A stretch of 64,000 bases of DNA from Batkoa obscura (GCA_030770535.1 JASVEC010000017.1:124001-188000), one strand, 5' to 3'. Shown: positions 1 through 12,238, counted from the stretch's first letter. Notes: generated by a model not told the origin, from the sequence alone. Translations and numbers: made by a program.

Positions 1-668
1 ACGACGTTCAGATATAAGGGATATAATCCAGTGCTAGGCTTCTTTAGTAAATCCAATAAATCATACACTTTGAGTGCAGCATTTTTATATTTTGGATCTC
101 CAGTAATCACGCTTAATCGAGTAAACTCTAATTGTACAGAGCCAATTTCTGCTAAAATCACTCGATTTTTATTGTAATCAGGCTGTTTGCTATTAAAATC
201 AATTCTATAAAATGGCAATCCTGATGGTGAATTAAATGCTGGTAGTAAAGCATCTGCAAGTTGCACAGCTTTTTCTAACAAAATTTTATGTCCTGATAAA
301 TCATAACTTGATACTAATCCCCCAAGGTAACGTATTACTGTCTCAAAAAATAACACCTGTCCATTTGATTTACTAAAGTTGACTTTACCTATCCTTTCCA
401 CACATTGGTCAAATTCGTCATGGTACCCCATAAGATATAATGTAGTCATACTGTCCACCATTGTTAAACCCCAGCCTTGGAAGCGATCATTGACGGTGGC
501 GTTGGTCAAAGGACGTAATTCATCACTACCAAAAGCGTGTCGCTTGTAGCCGCTCCAGGCGTGCATAAAACCATTACGAATTTCGTTGAGTTGTTCAGGA
601 GTGGTTAGAATTGAATTAGATAGAAATAAAATTGGAAATAAAATGTTGGTGATAGTGGTTAGTAGCAT
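1..668 (-). CDS. Class I alpha-1,2-mannosidase (GH47), 5' part; runs off the left edge
   Basis: Manual translation from ATG at 668: MLLTTITNILFPILF (signal/anchor)...FMHAWSGYKRHAFGSDELRPL...GWGLTMVDSMTTLYLMG...FFETVIRYLGGLVSSYDLSG...LAEIGSVQLEFTRLS, all GH47 motifs. Confidence 0.93.
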   Translation of the reverse strand, partial: MLLTTITNILFPILFLSNSILTTPEQLNEIRNGFMHAWSGYKRHAFGSDELRPLTNATVNDRFQGWGLTMVDSMTTLYLMGYHDEFDQCVERIGKVNFSKSNGQVLFFETVIRYLGGLVSSYDLSGHKILLEKAVQLADALLPAFNSPSGLPFYRIDFNSKQPDYNKNRVILAEIGSVQLEFTRLSVITGDPKYKNAALKVYDLLDLLKKPSTGLYPLYLNV

Positions 669-2159
669 AATGTTGTTTATTTAGTGATGAGATTGGTGGC
701 GGATTAGTGAAGTAAAAAGACTGGTTTCTTATATAAGTAAAGGTTTTTACATTGTTTTTATATTTTATTTTATTGAGTTTTTAATGCACGTTGGTTTTCG
801 AATGTTTGTTTGCTTATTTTGGGCTTAACTCATTCTTCCCCTAGCCAAGATTAATTCTTTTTTTTTAATGCTGTAACGGACTTTTTTATATTAAATTTTG
901 ACTGCCATTTTTAGCTTTTGACAGCCTAAAATGAGTTTTTAAAAGCTTCTGTAGGGCTAATTTAGAAAATTGGTCTAAATAAGGGATAGACAAATTCATT
1001 ATGAAAGTATATTTTTACAAAACGACTCACATTTCAATAAAATGGTAAGTGGATGTAATAAATACCATATCCCCAATATTGAAAAAATGTATAAAAAGAA
1101 TATAATTTTATAATTTCGGTATTCACAATCTTTAAAAAACTATTAATTAAAGTTATCACTTCATCATTAATGAAATAAATATAAAAACTAATTCAGGTGA
1201 TTGAAAAAAGGGTATTTGTCCATTATGATAAGCATATGAATTAGAATAAAATGTAAAACACTAAATTAAGACGCACATAAAATTCTAGATTTTCAACTTT
1301 TTAATATTGAGTTTCAGATTTGTGTATTTTATTATTCTATTTCATATAAATAGTTATTCTAATATAAAGTTATGACCTTGAAATGTTGATATGAACTAAT
1401 TTATAGGAAAAAAGTGGTGAAATGTTACTTTTGTAACTATCCTCATTGCTGAGGTGTTAATATTAGGAACATAGTTTTAGAATAAATCATAGCCTTAATA
1501 TAATACTCATATTAAAATCATTTAATGAAAAATTATCAACTTGAACTATTAATGAAATAGAATAATATGTTACCAGATTTGACTTAGTCTAATTAAAAAG
1601 TGAAATGGTAATTCTACCATATAAACCTATGCTAAATGGTAGTTTTTCTATTTCTAACTAAATTTACCCTAATGATTTTTAATAACGACTCCATTCAATC
1701 TGTTACAAGCATAAGTCAAAATATAACATTCAATCAATAAACAGAACATTAAAGGGATGGTAAAGTACTTGAATGCAGTATATATTATTGTATTGAGGTA
1801 AATTATGGAACCATCCTTGATTAATGTAATAATTATATCGCATTTATAGTAATTTACTGCCGAACTTTGGGTTTATTAAGGCGAGTTATAATTAGTCACA
1901 TTTAAACGAAGCTTCTTAAATTTATCCATAGCTAAATAAACAAGTTGCCTTAATAAAATACTTCTAAACCAACCACATTAGTTTGCTCCATTTTATTTAT
2001 TCTTCTTACTTTACGTCATTCTCCTTTTTTCCCCGTAAAAATTATGCCTGGATAATTTCTAGCATTTTAATGACCGATAATGCGTTTTAAAAAACTATAT
2101 AAAGCAACGTAGATGAGAATCATAAATTATTTTTTTACAAAATCTAATTCAACTTTTAA

Positions 2160-3518
2160 ATGGTGGCCATTCTTAGGAAGTATCAACCAAGTGAACTCAA
2201 TGTAATGAAGCCTAATAAACAAAAAACTTTATTAGATTTACCATTGGAGCTGTTAGTGATGATATTAAATCATGTTGATAATTCGGATTTATTAGGTATG
2301 ATATTAATGAATAAATCAATTTATAATCAATTTTTGCCTTTCATTTATTCCTCTTTTAAAATCCCAAATAAACAGTTTGATCTATCATTGATGGATAAGT
2401 ATGCCAAGTATATTAATGAGATTGAAATTAGTAGTACAAGTTATAATCAGGAGGTAAATCTTTATTTATCTAAGATGATCCAACAAGATAAAGTATATTC
2501 TATAAAATGCAAAGATATATGCTTTTATTCTTTGATAAATCATCCACAAAGACGACAATTTAAATTTAAGCATATTGATTTTGGTAAAGGAACGGCTTCG
2601 ATGGATTTATTTTATTCTCATTTTAGTTTATTAAATCAAACGCAAGTATTAAATAACCTTAAAACAATACATTTGGAAATTAACGACGAATTAAATATTC
2701 AACTATTTGATCTATTACCTCATTCTATACAATCTATAACCATCAACTCATCTATTGAAATAGATAATGGCTTACTAATGACGGAACTATCAAAATTGGA
2801 TTTTATTACAAACTTATCCATTGAATTAAGTGAAGCAGATAGTAGTAAGTTTCAGTCGCTATTTGAAATTGGGTTCCCTTCATTAAAGTATTTAAAGATA
2901 ATATGTGAATCAAATTTAAACTATTCCAATTCAGTTAATGAAATAAGAATCAAATCAAATGAATTTCCAGTGCTGAAGTCACTAGTTTTAAACATCCCAG
3001 GTTCTAGTGTCATCATCGAAGATCAAATGAACTATTTAAATGAGCTACAAATAGTTAAATATTCATTCAATGATCTTTCATTTAATCCCACTTTATTTCC
3101 AAGTTTAAAGTCGATACAATTAAACAGCAAAATTAATTTTCAAACATTTTATTATTATAATCTCAATTTATTAAATAATAACGATAGTTCCAATTTGAAC
3201 TTATTAAAGAAATTAAGCTTATCAAGTGCCATTATCGATCCATGCTTTATTGATTTTTTAACCCAACGTTGTACTAGCCTTGAAGAGCTCGAATTGATCT
3301 TTTGCAGTGGCGTTATCACTAAGAAATACAATTTGAGCATAAAAAAACTGACTTTCAAACTAAACAAGGACAATTTTGATTTTCTAATAAATTTACTCCT
3401 TTCTTGTACTCAACTTCAATATCTAACTCTATACACAGGTTGGAACACTTTTGATCAAAATAGTAATCAGATCCGACTCCAATTCCCTAACTTGACCTTA
3501 GAGCATAAGCGTTTCTAA
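2160..3518 (+). CDS. F-box domain protein with LRR-like C-terminus
   Basis: 452 aa intronless ORF; LLDLPLELLVMILNHV is an F-box start, followed by repeated FPSLKxLxI/L LRR-like units. Confidence 0.8.
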   Translation: MVAILRKYQPSELNVMKPNKQKTLLDLPLELLVMILNHVDNSDLLGMILMNKSIYNQFLPFIYSSFKIPNKQFDLSLMDKYAKYINEIEISSTSYNQEVNLYLSKMIQQDKVYSIKCKDICFYSLINHPQRRQFKFKHIDFGKGTASMDLFYSHFSLLNQTQVLNNLKTIHLEINDELNIQLFDLLPHSIQSITINSSIEIDNGLLMTELSKLDFITNLSIELSEADSSKFQSLFEIGFPSLKYLKIICESNLNYSNSVNEIRIKSNEFPVLKSLVLNIPGSSVIIEDQMNYLNELQIVKYSFNDLSFNPTLFPSLKSIQLNSKINFQTFYYYNLNLLNNNDSSNLNLLKKLSLSSAIIDPCFIDFLTQRCTSLEELELIFCSGVITKKYNLSIKKLTFKLNKDNFDFLINLLLSCTQLQYLTLYTGWNTFDQNSNQIRLQFPNLTLEHKRF

Positions 3519-4773
3519 GTGATTATATTATACCTATTATTCATTGTCCCATTTTGATTCTTATTTATGTTCTTTTTATGTCTGAAACTTCTTTTTATTA
3601 CAATAAATATACTTTATAACCAACAACCACTAATCCATCTACGTTAATAAGTATATCTTTTAAGATATTCTAACAATTCAAAATAGATCTACAATAACTA
3701 CTTCATATTATTAATTGATTTTATTTTACTAATACTAAATAACTAAATAACTAAATAACTAACCTTTCTTAATTTTAGAAGTAAATTTAGCTGATTTTTA
3801 CTTCACTACTACATCCCATGCTGTTTCTAAATTTTAAATCTATACTTACTTTTATTACTACCCTTTATAACTCTCACATTCTACAAGAAATATTACAAAA
3901 AAACAAATCTTGTCCTAATAACAACTTACGATTTTGTCCTACGTTATTAAATTTAAAGCTTAACTTTAGATTTATTATATTACTTGTCACACATCCTAAT
4001 TAATCTATATAAAATAATATTGCTTCTGATACTATCAATAATACTATAAGCTATCTATATTTATACCATTGTTTGTTATCCTTGTTAAACCAACTTTACC
4101 GTGTTTTAAAGTAATAGTACCAAGCATAAGTAGCCTCATCATTACCTATTATCTACTCCTTAATGTCAAAACTTTGAATGTTAAAAGAGGACTGTTTAAT
4201 GGCTTAATTACATGACTAGGTTAATGGTGAATCAGGTAATAATTTATTTAGCATAAGTCTTGTTTACCAGGCGATAGGGAATAATCTAAATTGTTTTGAA
4301 ACTTAAATGGGTTAAACTGAATATAAAGGTAATTTAAATGCTAACTCCTTTTTACTTTTAGCTATATTTGAAGTTGATAAAATATAACTAAAGTCAAATG
4401 TTAGAATAATTTCATAAAAAAATTCTTTGTTTGAATCCTGCCTACACTATATATCATCCTCAATATGGCTATTTACTACCTTTAATGCCACAAAAAGGCA
4501 TCTCTTTTATTGGTATCTATGTAAAGAGACTTAATAATTAATCTTACCATTGACGAAAATCAAACCTAAAAAACAGAATTAAGACAAAAAACACAAACTT
4601 AATTGAAAATATAGCATATCATAGAGACTTTGTTTAATCAAAAAGGGCTAAAGAATATTAAAAAAAATGTAAAAAAATTCAAATAAAAGAACATGGTATG
4701 GCGCAGTGATACTTAATAAAGTACCACAATTATAACGATAACTTAATAGGAAAGGCTATAAAGCAAGTCAATG

Positions 4774-5223
4774 CTAATCGGAATTGATCCCTTCTGGCGT
4801 CTTGAGTACTACTTTCACCGAATTTTCATGTCTTTGTTTAATGATCTGCGCTAATTTACCGCGTGAATAATCTTCCCAATGTGCCACAATGCTCGCATTA
4901 TCCCCTACTTTATAGCTCACGCTGTATGGGTCCACCCATACTACAAACTCCCTAGGTAAAGCAACGCTAAGCTGGTCTAAATTAATCCCTGCTTTTTCAG
5001 CTGTGTTCAACAAAATTGGGTCCACTTCCCCATTAAACACAGTTAAAGAACGAAACCCATTTCCTTGGTATGGGTTCTCAGGCGTCCAATGGTTCTGGTA
5101 TTTATGATACAAAGTGTCTAAAAATATTTGACGCCAAAGTTGTATTTGAGTTGGAGTCAAGTTGATGCCTGGGGTTATAAATCTTAGGATACAATCAAAC
5201 GCTTGTAAAATTTCAAATTCCAT
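4774..5223 (-). CDS. BTG/Tob (APRO, anti-proliferative) domain protein
   Basis: 149 aa; Box A-like YQNHWTPENPYQGNGFRSL and Box B-like LPREFVVWVDPYSVSYKVGD. Confidence 0.88.
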   Translation of the reverse strand: MEFEILQAFDCILRFITPGINLTPTQIQLWRQIFLDTLYHKYQNHWTPENPYQGNGFRSLTVFNGEVDPILLNTAEKAGINLDQLSVALPREFVVWVDPYSVSYKVGDNASIVAHWEDYSRGKLAQIIKQRHENSVKVVLKTPEGINSD

Positions 5224-6245
5224 TGGGGTATAGTTCTCTTTACAATAACAAAGTTAAATCATTGTTTTTATAAAAAGTTGTAGTTTTTTAGTTTCAGCTC
5301 ACTTTATAACTAATAGTTTTATTATAAAAATAGGAATAAATTTATTACCCATTTTTGGCGTCTAATTCCTAGCAAACTTTATTAATCAACTTTATTTTTA
5401 ATGGCTTGTTTCGATTACCTTCAGTAACAATCAATAATTTAAGTAAAAAGATAATTTTAATTATGTATTGTTGAGAGCCTTTGTTACTGTGTCATTGATT
5501 TAGCCATTCATTCGTTTGTGATTTTTATTTTTAGCAAATAAAAACCTGATTTCAAAGCTAAAATAGGATCTATTGGCCATTATCATGGGGCTGTTGGACT
5601 TCATTGACCAATAAAGTACAACCTTCTAAATCGGATTTACTAATATTGAACAAATAACAAAAAGCATAAAATTTGTGACTTTTGAGGTATATCTGGCCTT
5701 TGCTATAAAGCTAAACTAAGTGGAGCTGAGGTTTATTAAGAATAGGTAGGGTAACTGATTGTTAAAGCGGATTTAAACAATAAAAGTAAAGGCAACTTTA
5801 TAAAAAAGAAATTTGTTGAAAGAAATTTTAATTTGAATTAATCTCAAATATATAAAAATTTTCATTTGATTGGAAACGGGAGTGTTTTTTTGGTTTCATC
5901 ACTTTTTATATCTTTTAAGCACTATCTAAGTAGAAAGACTATTTAGCAAAATTCAAGCAAAAAATGCATTCTTAAATGATAGTTTTTTGGACAACTTCCT
6001 TATTTTCAAAGACCATAACTTGTTTGAAAAAGATTTATAAATAATGGCTAACAAGGGATAAAATTATCCTAAATTTACCAATTATAAATTGACGTTGAGG
6101 TCACACTTTAGGGAACAATTCAATATGAAATATTAGCTTACTTTTAACAAATTCAACGCTATTGATCTTTTAACTGTATTATTAAGAGTAAAATAAAAAA
6201 CATGTCATATTCAATGCAAATAATAATAGTTAAGAACTTGTCAAA

Positions 6246-7548
6246 ATGAGCGGAAAGGTTAAACAATTACTGCTGCTAGCATATGATCGAAGTATGCTAA
6301 TAAAAGTAGCATCTGAGCAGCTATGTGTTGAACATGAAATAGCAAAGATGGTTGTAGAGCAGGAAAGAACAAATGCTAACGGTGATATAAAAGTGGAAGA
6401 ATTGGAAAAGAGTAGTGTTGCCTTTTCAATTGATCAAAGAAGTAATGAAACAAACCAGAAGAAAAAGCATAACGATACAGAAATAACAGGAGAAGTATTC
6501 GATGCAATTGAAAATCTTCTTAAGGGGGATTGTGATTATACTTTAAATCAACTATAAGAGACGCTAAACAAACAACTAGATACTAATTTGCCACTTTTTC
6601 AGTGATCAATGCATTAAAGCTGTTAAAAAGCCCAATTAGAATAAATAAAAGGATAAGCATCGAAAAGCGGTTAATGAAGTTAGAAATTTTTTTGACCAAA
6701 ACGAGAATTATACTGTAAGACAAATTTAAAAGAAACTGGATGGAAAAGAAAGTAGTACGTTATCAATAGCTTTAATATCTAAAATCGTGAAGCGTTTAAC
6801 TGCTGAAGCTAAAACCAAAAGAAATAAATTAAAAAACGGTTTAGAAGCAGAACAAAACAGCATTGAGATTATAAACAATCAAGGAATTAGAAAAATCTAA
6901 TACAAAAACCAGAGTCGTAAAGTAGCTATAGCTGGTAAAGTTTTAAATAAAATTGAGGAGCTTTTTAAGTAAAGTGATAGTTATACTATGAAGCAAATAC
7001 ATGAGATTTTAAATAATAAAATGAATATTAAAACACCAATTCCTTCAGTAACAAAAGCATTGAAGTTGTTAAATATAACTTCAAAAGTAAAAGTAAAAGT
7101 AAAGATGAGCGAGCTCTTAACGAAATTAAGAAACTGCTTAATCAAAATAAGGATTATACTATAATATAAATTCAAGATATATTAAAAAAGCAATATAAAG
7201 CTGATTTATCACCATTTACAATATATAATCTAGTAAACTTTTTAAATATTAACATCATTAGTAATGGCTGTGAAATGACAAAGTTTTCGGAAGTAGGAAA
7301 TGAAGAACAAGGTGATGATGGGAACATAAATGAAAAAGTAATGAGTAAAATAGATAAAAAAACGCAAAGTGATAAAGTGATTCTAAACGGTGAATCGTTT
7401 GATGGATGACATTCAACAGTTTTTTAAGCAAAATATTTACTTTTCCTCAAAACAACTACAAGGAATGTTGAACGAAAAGATGTTAATTTACCACTATCGT
7501 CTATAATAAAATCCTTGAAGTTATTAAAAGTAGTCCTTAAGCAATAAT
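6246..7548 (+). pseudogene. Decayed gene with five tandem IS630/Tc1-type helix-turn-helix-like repeats
   Basis: Reading across stops and frameshifts gives repeats such as FDQNENYTVRQI*KKLDGKESSTLSIALISKIVKRL, FK*SDSYTMKQIHEILNNKMNIKTPIPSVTKALKLLNIT and LNQNKDYTII*IQDILKKQYKADLSPFTIYNLVNFLNI. Confidence 0.7.
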
Positions 7549-8336
7549 AAAATGTAGAAAACAAGTTCGATTTTTTATTTATTTTAATCAGCTAATGTTT
7601 TTTTATTTTCAAAATTATATTTATGTGGTAACATTTCCCTGAGTGTCAACTTCCTTTTAAAATTACTAATTGAACTTCAGAAATCAGCGAATTTAATGCA
7701 AACGTTTAAGTGTAAATTTAATAGAAAATAGCAACTAAAGCTTCATTAAGCAGCATAGCTTCACCTCTTAAAATAGCTGATCTCAATTCACACATTTAAC
7801 TTTGTAAGCTTTAATTTTATTTTCAAACAAAAGGATGCAAATTTCCAGAACAAATGAGGGCCTTTATGACCACCAAACAAGTTTCAGAATTAACAACAAG
7901 GTTAAAAAAGAGTTAACAGCTCTGCTGGATAACTAAAATATGCCAGTAAAGATTGCAATGTCCGAATAAAAGGAGTAAAGCAGTAGAATAAAGAAACGGA
8001 AATATGACAAGGTAGATGCCAAGGTTAAAGCAAATTCATTATTGTTGATTGATGATCAAAACAAGTTAGTAAAAGTTCCAATATTTGATGAAAAGGCGCA
8101 AAGTACCAGATCAACTGAGAATCTTTATGGTTGTCAAATCAATACTCAAATAAATGAAGGAGTTGATAAAAATTTGATATTTTCAAACTATTATCAAAAC
8201 AACCAGGTGGATATTCCAATAGGTTTAAATTGGGCTCAGTAATCATTTAAGTAATCAGCTTTACTATAATAACGGACATTAGGTAGTAACCGATAAAGTG
8301 ACACAAAATTCACTGCTTTTATTAGATCATGTAAAG

Positions 8337-8394
8337 AACCCAATGAGTATCCCAACATTTAACCCAATGAGTATCCCAACATTTAACCCAATGA
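8337..8394 (+). repeat. 24 bp tandem repeat x2.4 (aacccaatgagtatcccaacattt)
   Basis: Exact direct repeat visible in the sequence. Confidence 0.95.
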
Positions 8395-9151
8395 CGCATA
8401 ATATTGGTTTACATAAACATTTTTATAATAATCAATTAAATGTATAAGTAAACAAAAAATTTAATGAAGTTTTAGCATCTCAAACCTATCTTCATAATAT
8501 ACTAATGAATAATCAAGAATATAAGTTGGGCGGAAAGCAATAACTTAAGGAAAGAACCACATTATTTTAAAGAACAACAAATTATATGAGATAAAAGTAA
8601 GATAACTTTAGCAAATAGTCAAAAAATGTTAAGAACCCTTTGGTTGATAAGGAGGTACAAAGTATCAACTTAGGTGAATATCTTTATGGTCCTAAAAACA
8701 TGCCAAAGTAAATAACGAGGTTAAAGAAAAGCTGCTTCTATTAGCGGGTAGTAAAGGAATTTTGGTAAAGAAACATCAAAGCAGATGGATGTTAAAAACG
8801 ATGATTTACTAAGAATCAATAAACAGGGAAAAAGAGACTCAAATAAAGATACGAAAGCAAACCATAAAGAACAAGAGAGCAACATGTCCACAATTGAAAA
8901 GGCAATCGTTGACACTAACCAGCAGAAAGATCATAATAATACAGTGAGGATTATTGAACAAAAAACAACAATTTAAACAAAAATGCAAAAATAATGCAGG
9001 AAAAGCAAAGTAGCAAATTATATACAGTTGAACAGGTACTAGAAAATGCAAGCTAGCATAAACAAAATGGTAATACAGTTATATCAAAGCAAGTACTTAA
9101 GTTATACTTTGGAGTACACTTAATAGTATTTTTAAACAAATTAAATAAAAC

Positions 9152-9256
9152 ATATGATGATGTATTTTTTTGTTTAAGAATTTTACTAACAATCTTTCCA
9201 TTCAAACAGTGCTTAAAAAATGTATAAATAATGAAGCCAAAAAAACACCTCCATAT
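9152..9256 (-). mobile_element. MITE-like family A, copy 1
   Basis: Reverse-orientation match to the ~105 bp family with TIR atatg(g/a)ggatgt...acatccccatat. Confidence 0.85.
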
Positions 9257-9394
9257 TATACATTAAATAATAAAGCAAATATTAATATTCTATTCTATTT
9301 TTTTATAAACTATTAAAGGAGTTAGATAATCTTACCAAAAAAATAAAAAAATAAGACAAAGAAATAAAATAAAAAATAAAATAAAAAAATAACC

Positions 9395-9550
9395 GAATAT
9401 ATATAAAATTAAACAATTTTAAAAGAAGAAAAAAAGTGATTATACTGCAAAACAAATATTAAAAATATTAAGTAAAAAGATAAAAATAAATATACCATCT
9501 TCTATAATAAGTAATGCATTAAAAACATCAAATATATTAATAAAAAAAGC
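9395..9550 (+). pseudogene. HTH-like repeat remnant (same family as 6246-7548)
   Basis: IYKIKQF*KKKKSDYTAKQILKILSKKIKINIPSSIISNALKTSNILIK matches the repeat consensus. Confidence 0.6.
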
Positions 9551-10340
9551 TATAAAAAAATAAATAACCAAGTAATTAGTGAAATTAAGTAAATTTTTAA
9601 AATATTATTATTACTGCTTATAATATTTAAAGATATTATATTAAAAAACTCTAATTTATTAATTAATTCAGTATTTAGTAAATTAAAATTATCAATTATA
9701 TTAATTAAAAAACATGAAATAAAAAACAAAATAAAAAATAACTAATTAACAAAATTAAAAGTAATAAATAAATAGTTTATATTAATATCAATTTATATAA
9801 AAAACTAATAATAAATAAGATAACTAAAAAATAAACTAAAATTATTAAAACTAAATATAATAACTATATAATATTAATATTTTTTAATTTAAAATGTTTG
9901 TATTTATTATTAGCTTATTTAAATAAATACATTTATTATAATGTTATGATATAAACTTATTATAAGTATGAAAATCATTATTTTAAAGATTATTATATTC
10001 TGATCAGAAATATTATAAATGAAATAATGCTATTTATATAAATTAATTTAAATAAAAAAGCTTTGAGTTAATTTAAGCTATAAAATATTGTTTTACTAGC
10101 TTTATAGTTAATTATAATATGATAACCACTTAAATTGGTTATAAAATTAATTGTAGTTTTATAATTAATTTAGTTATAATTTATATAGTAAATTTAAGCA
10201 ACTTTAATTTTATTATTGAAAGCTATTATATTCTTAAATTTAGGCATAACCAATTTAAAGTTTTTTATTTAAATTGGTTATAAGAATTTTTATTATTTAG
10301 TTATAAAAAACATTATTTTTATATTTTTATATTTACTAAC

Positions 10341-10840
10341 TATTGTGAAATATTGGTTTATCAGCTTTCGGATTAATTATAAGATAATAATCATTTAACT
10401 TGTTTACAAGACTACATCTAGCCTTGTAATTAATTTGATCGTGATCCATGTGGTATAATCAATTCAAAATTCCTCATTTAGATTTACTGTGAGGATTTTT
10501 AACTTCACATTGCAAAGAATATTATCCTCTCGCCTTGATATCCATACTTGTTGGAGTATAAAAGAGATTCTTCAACATGATAACTCAAGGCTTTTTAATT
10601 GGATTGCCCCCTGATAACGTATCATCAATAAAGTCACTAAGTCTTTTTGACAACATCTTACAGCTTTTACAGTAGTATTTTCTATTCTATTTGTTTTACA
10701 TAGTTCGTAACTTATTACATATTATTCTTATTCATTTAAGTCTATCTTAGTTACATAAACTAAGACCATTCGACTCAAGGCTAGTTAATCAACCAAGAAC
10801 TGCTTTTAACTCCTACTACTGAGTACCAACTTTCACAATA
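10341..10840. mobile_element. ~500 bp element bounded by an imperfect ~16 bp inverted repeat; degraded copies at ~10078-10200 and ~55450-55700
   Basis: Left tattgtgaaatattggt and right accaactttcacaata; internal sequence is homologous to more AT-rich copies elsewhere in the window. Confidence 0.6.
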
Positions 10841-11769
10841 TAAATATAAATTTATAATGTTAATTACATTATTGATTTATTTAACTTAACTTATTTAATA
10901 TTAATTATGCACAAACTTAAATCCATATTAGTGTCTTTTATTTCATATTTTTGCATTAAGTTAAGTGAGTGTAAGGTTTTAAGTAAAGCAATACAACTTT
11001 AGTTTTAATTAAAAAGCTTGGCAAATTTTTTTCCATATCTTGATGTTTTAGTGGTGGTAGCTTTGGAGATTTAGTATTTTAATTTTAGGCAAATTGTGAT
11101 ATATTATCATATATAATCTAAAGTTTTTAAAAAATTTATTTTATTTTTACCTATTTTAATTTTTTTGTTAAATTCTAAAATGTTCTTAATTGTGAAGAAC
11201 ACCCTGCAATTGTTTGATAGGCCACTTTTTGTTAAAAAGTCTTAAAATCCACTTTATCCTTTAATGCCAAATTTAAATTCTTAAGGTTACATCTTATACA
11301 TAATTATCGATTTTTAATAATGAATTTTCAACTCTTCAATCTACAATATTGAAAACCATGGAATAAGATAATGGAAGTACGAATGTTATTAACCAAAACA
11401 ATGACGGTAAACAATAAAGCGCTGAGAAAGATAACAGCAGGAAACTAGATTTTGACCAAAATAATAGTAAAGTTTTGCAATTAAGCAAAATATTGACACC
11501 AATGAAAGTATTTAGTATAGTAAATACATAAAGCAAACCATTGATAAGCATCAAAAATATGTCAAAATCAACAATGAACTAAAAAAAGTTACTACCACTA
11601 ATGAATGGCCAAGGGATGTCAATAAAAGAAATATTAGATCAATTATTTATTGAGTATGGTAATGCAAAGACAATTATCGAAAAAGAAAAAAAAAGTGAAG
11701 TCACAAAATAATAATAGTAATGGAAAGAAATGTGGAGGGAAAAAGTCCAATAACGTTATTATATATTAG

Positions 11770-12140
11770 CGGTACTTAAAGAAATCAAGGAAGCTTATAC
11801 AGAGAATCTAGCACTACATTGTACCAGATACATAATGAGCATTACGAAAGAAGTTATATTAAGATGAGTTTGGCTTCGATTCTTAGAGTGTTGAAGTCAC
11901 TGGATACAATGTTTAAAAGAAAGAAGGTGAAAATAGGTACAAGGTTGGGATCAAAAACGAAAAACATAATGTAGTTGTAACAGAGGGACTACTTAAAAGG
12001 AATTTCAAAACTTCTTAGAAATAATAATAATTGTACTTTAAAGCAAATACAAATACAAATAATATTAAATATATAACTGGATATCAATCCGTCTTTGGTG
12101 ACCATACCTAAGAATTTAAAATAATGAATATTACCCTTTT
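11770..12140 (+). pseudogene. Two more HTH-like repeat remnants
   Basis: TTLYQIHNEHYERSYIKMSLASILRVLKSL and LLRNNNNCTLKQIQIQIILNI*LDINPSLVTIPKNLK, read across frameshifts. Confidence 0.6.
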
Positions 12141-12238
12141 AAATAAAAACAAGTAGTAAATAATCTATTTAGCTTTCGTTTTAGGTTTAAAAGTTTATTT
12201 AAAATATTCAACTTAACTTTAGAACAAAATGATAAAAT

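Noticed and set aside
6246..7548. TAA read as Gln (alternative genetic code) in the HTH-repeat gene
   Set aside because: Frameshifts are also needed, and neighbouring conserved genes end in TAA, so pseudogenisation is the simpler explanation
10530..10585. Alternative frame VEESLLYSNKYGYQG resembling a Cas4/Dna2 PD-(D/E)XK motif
   Set aside because: Too short, and no downstream D or ExK motif in frame
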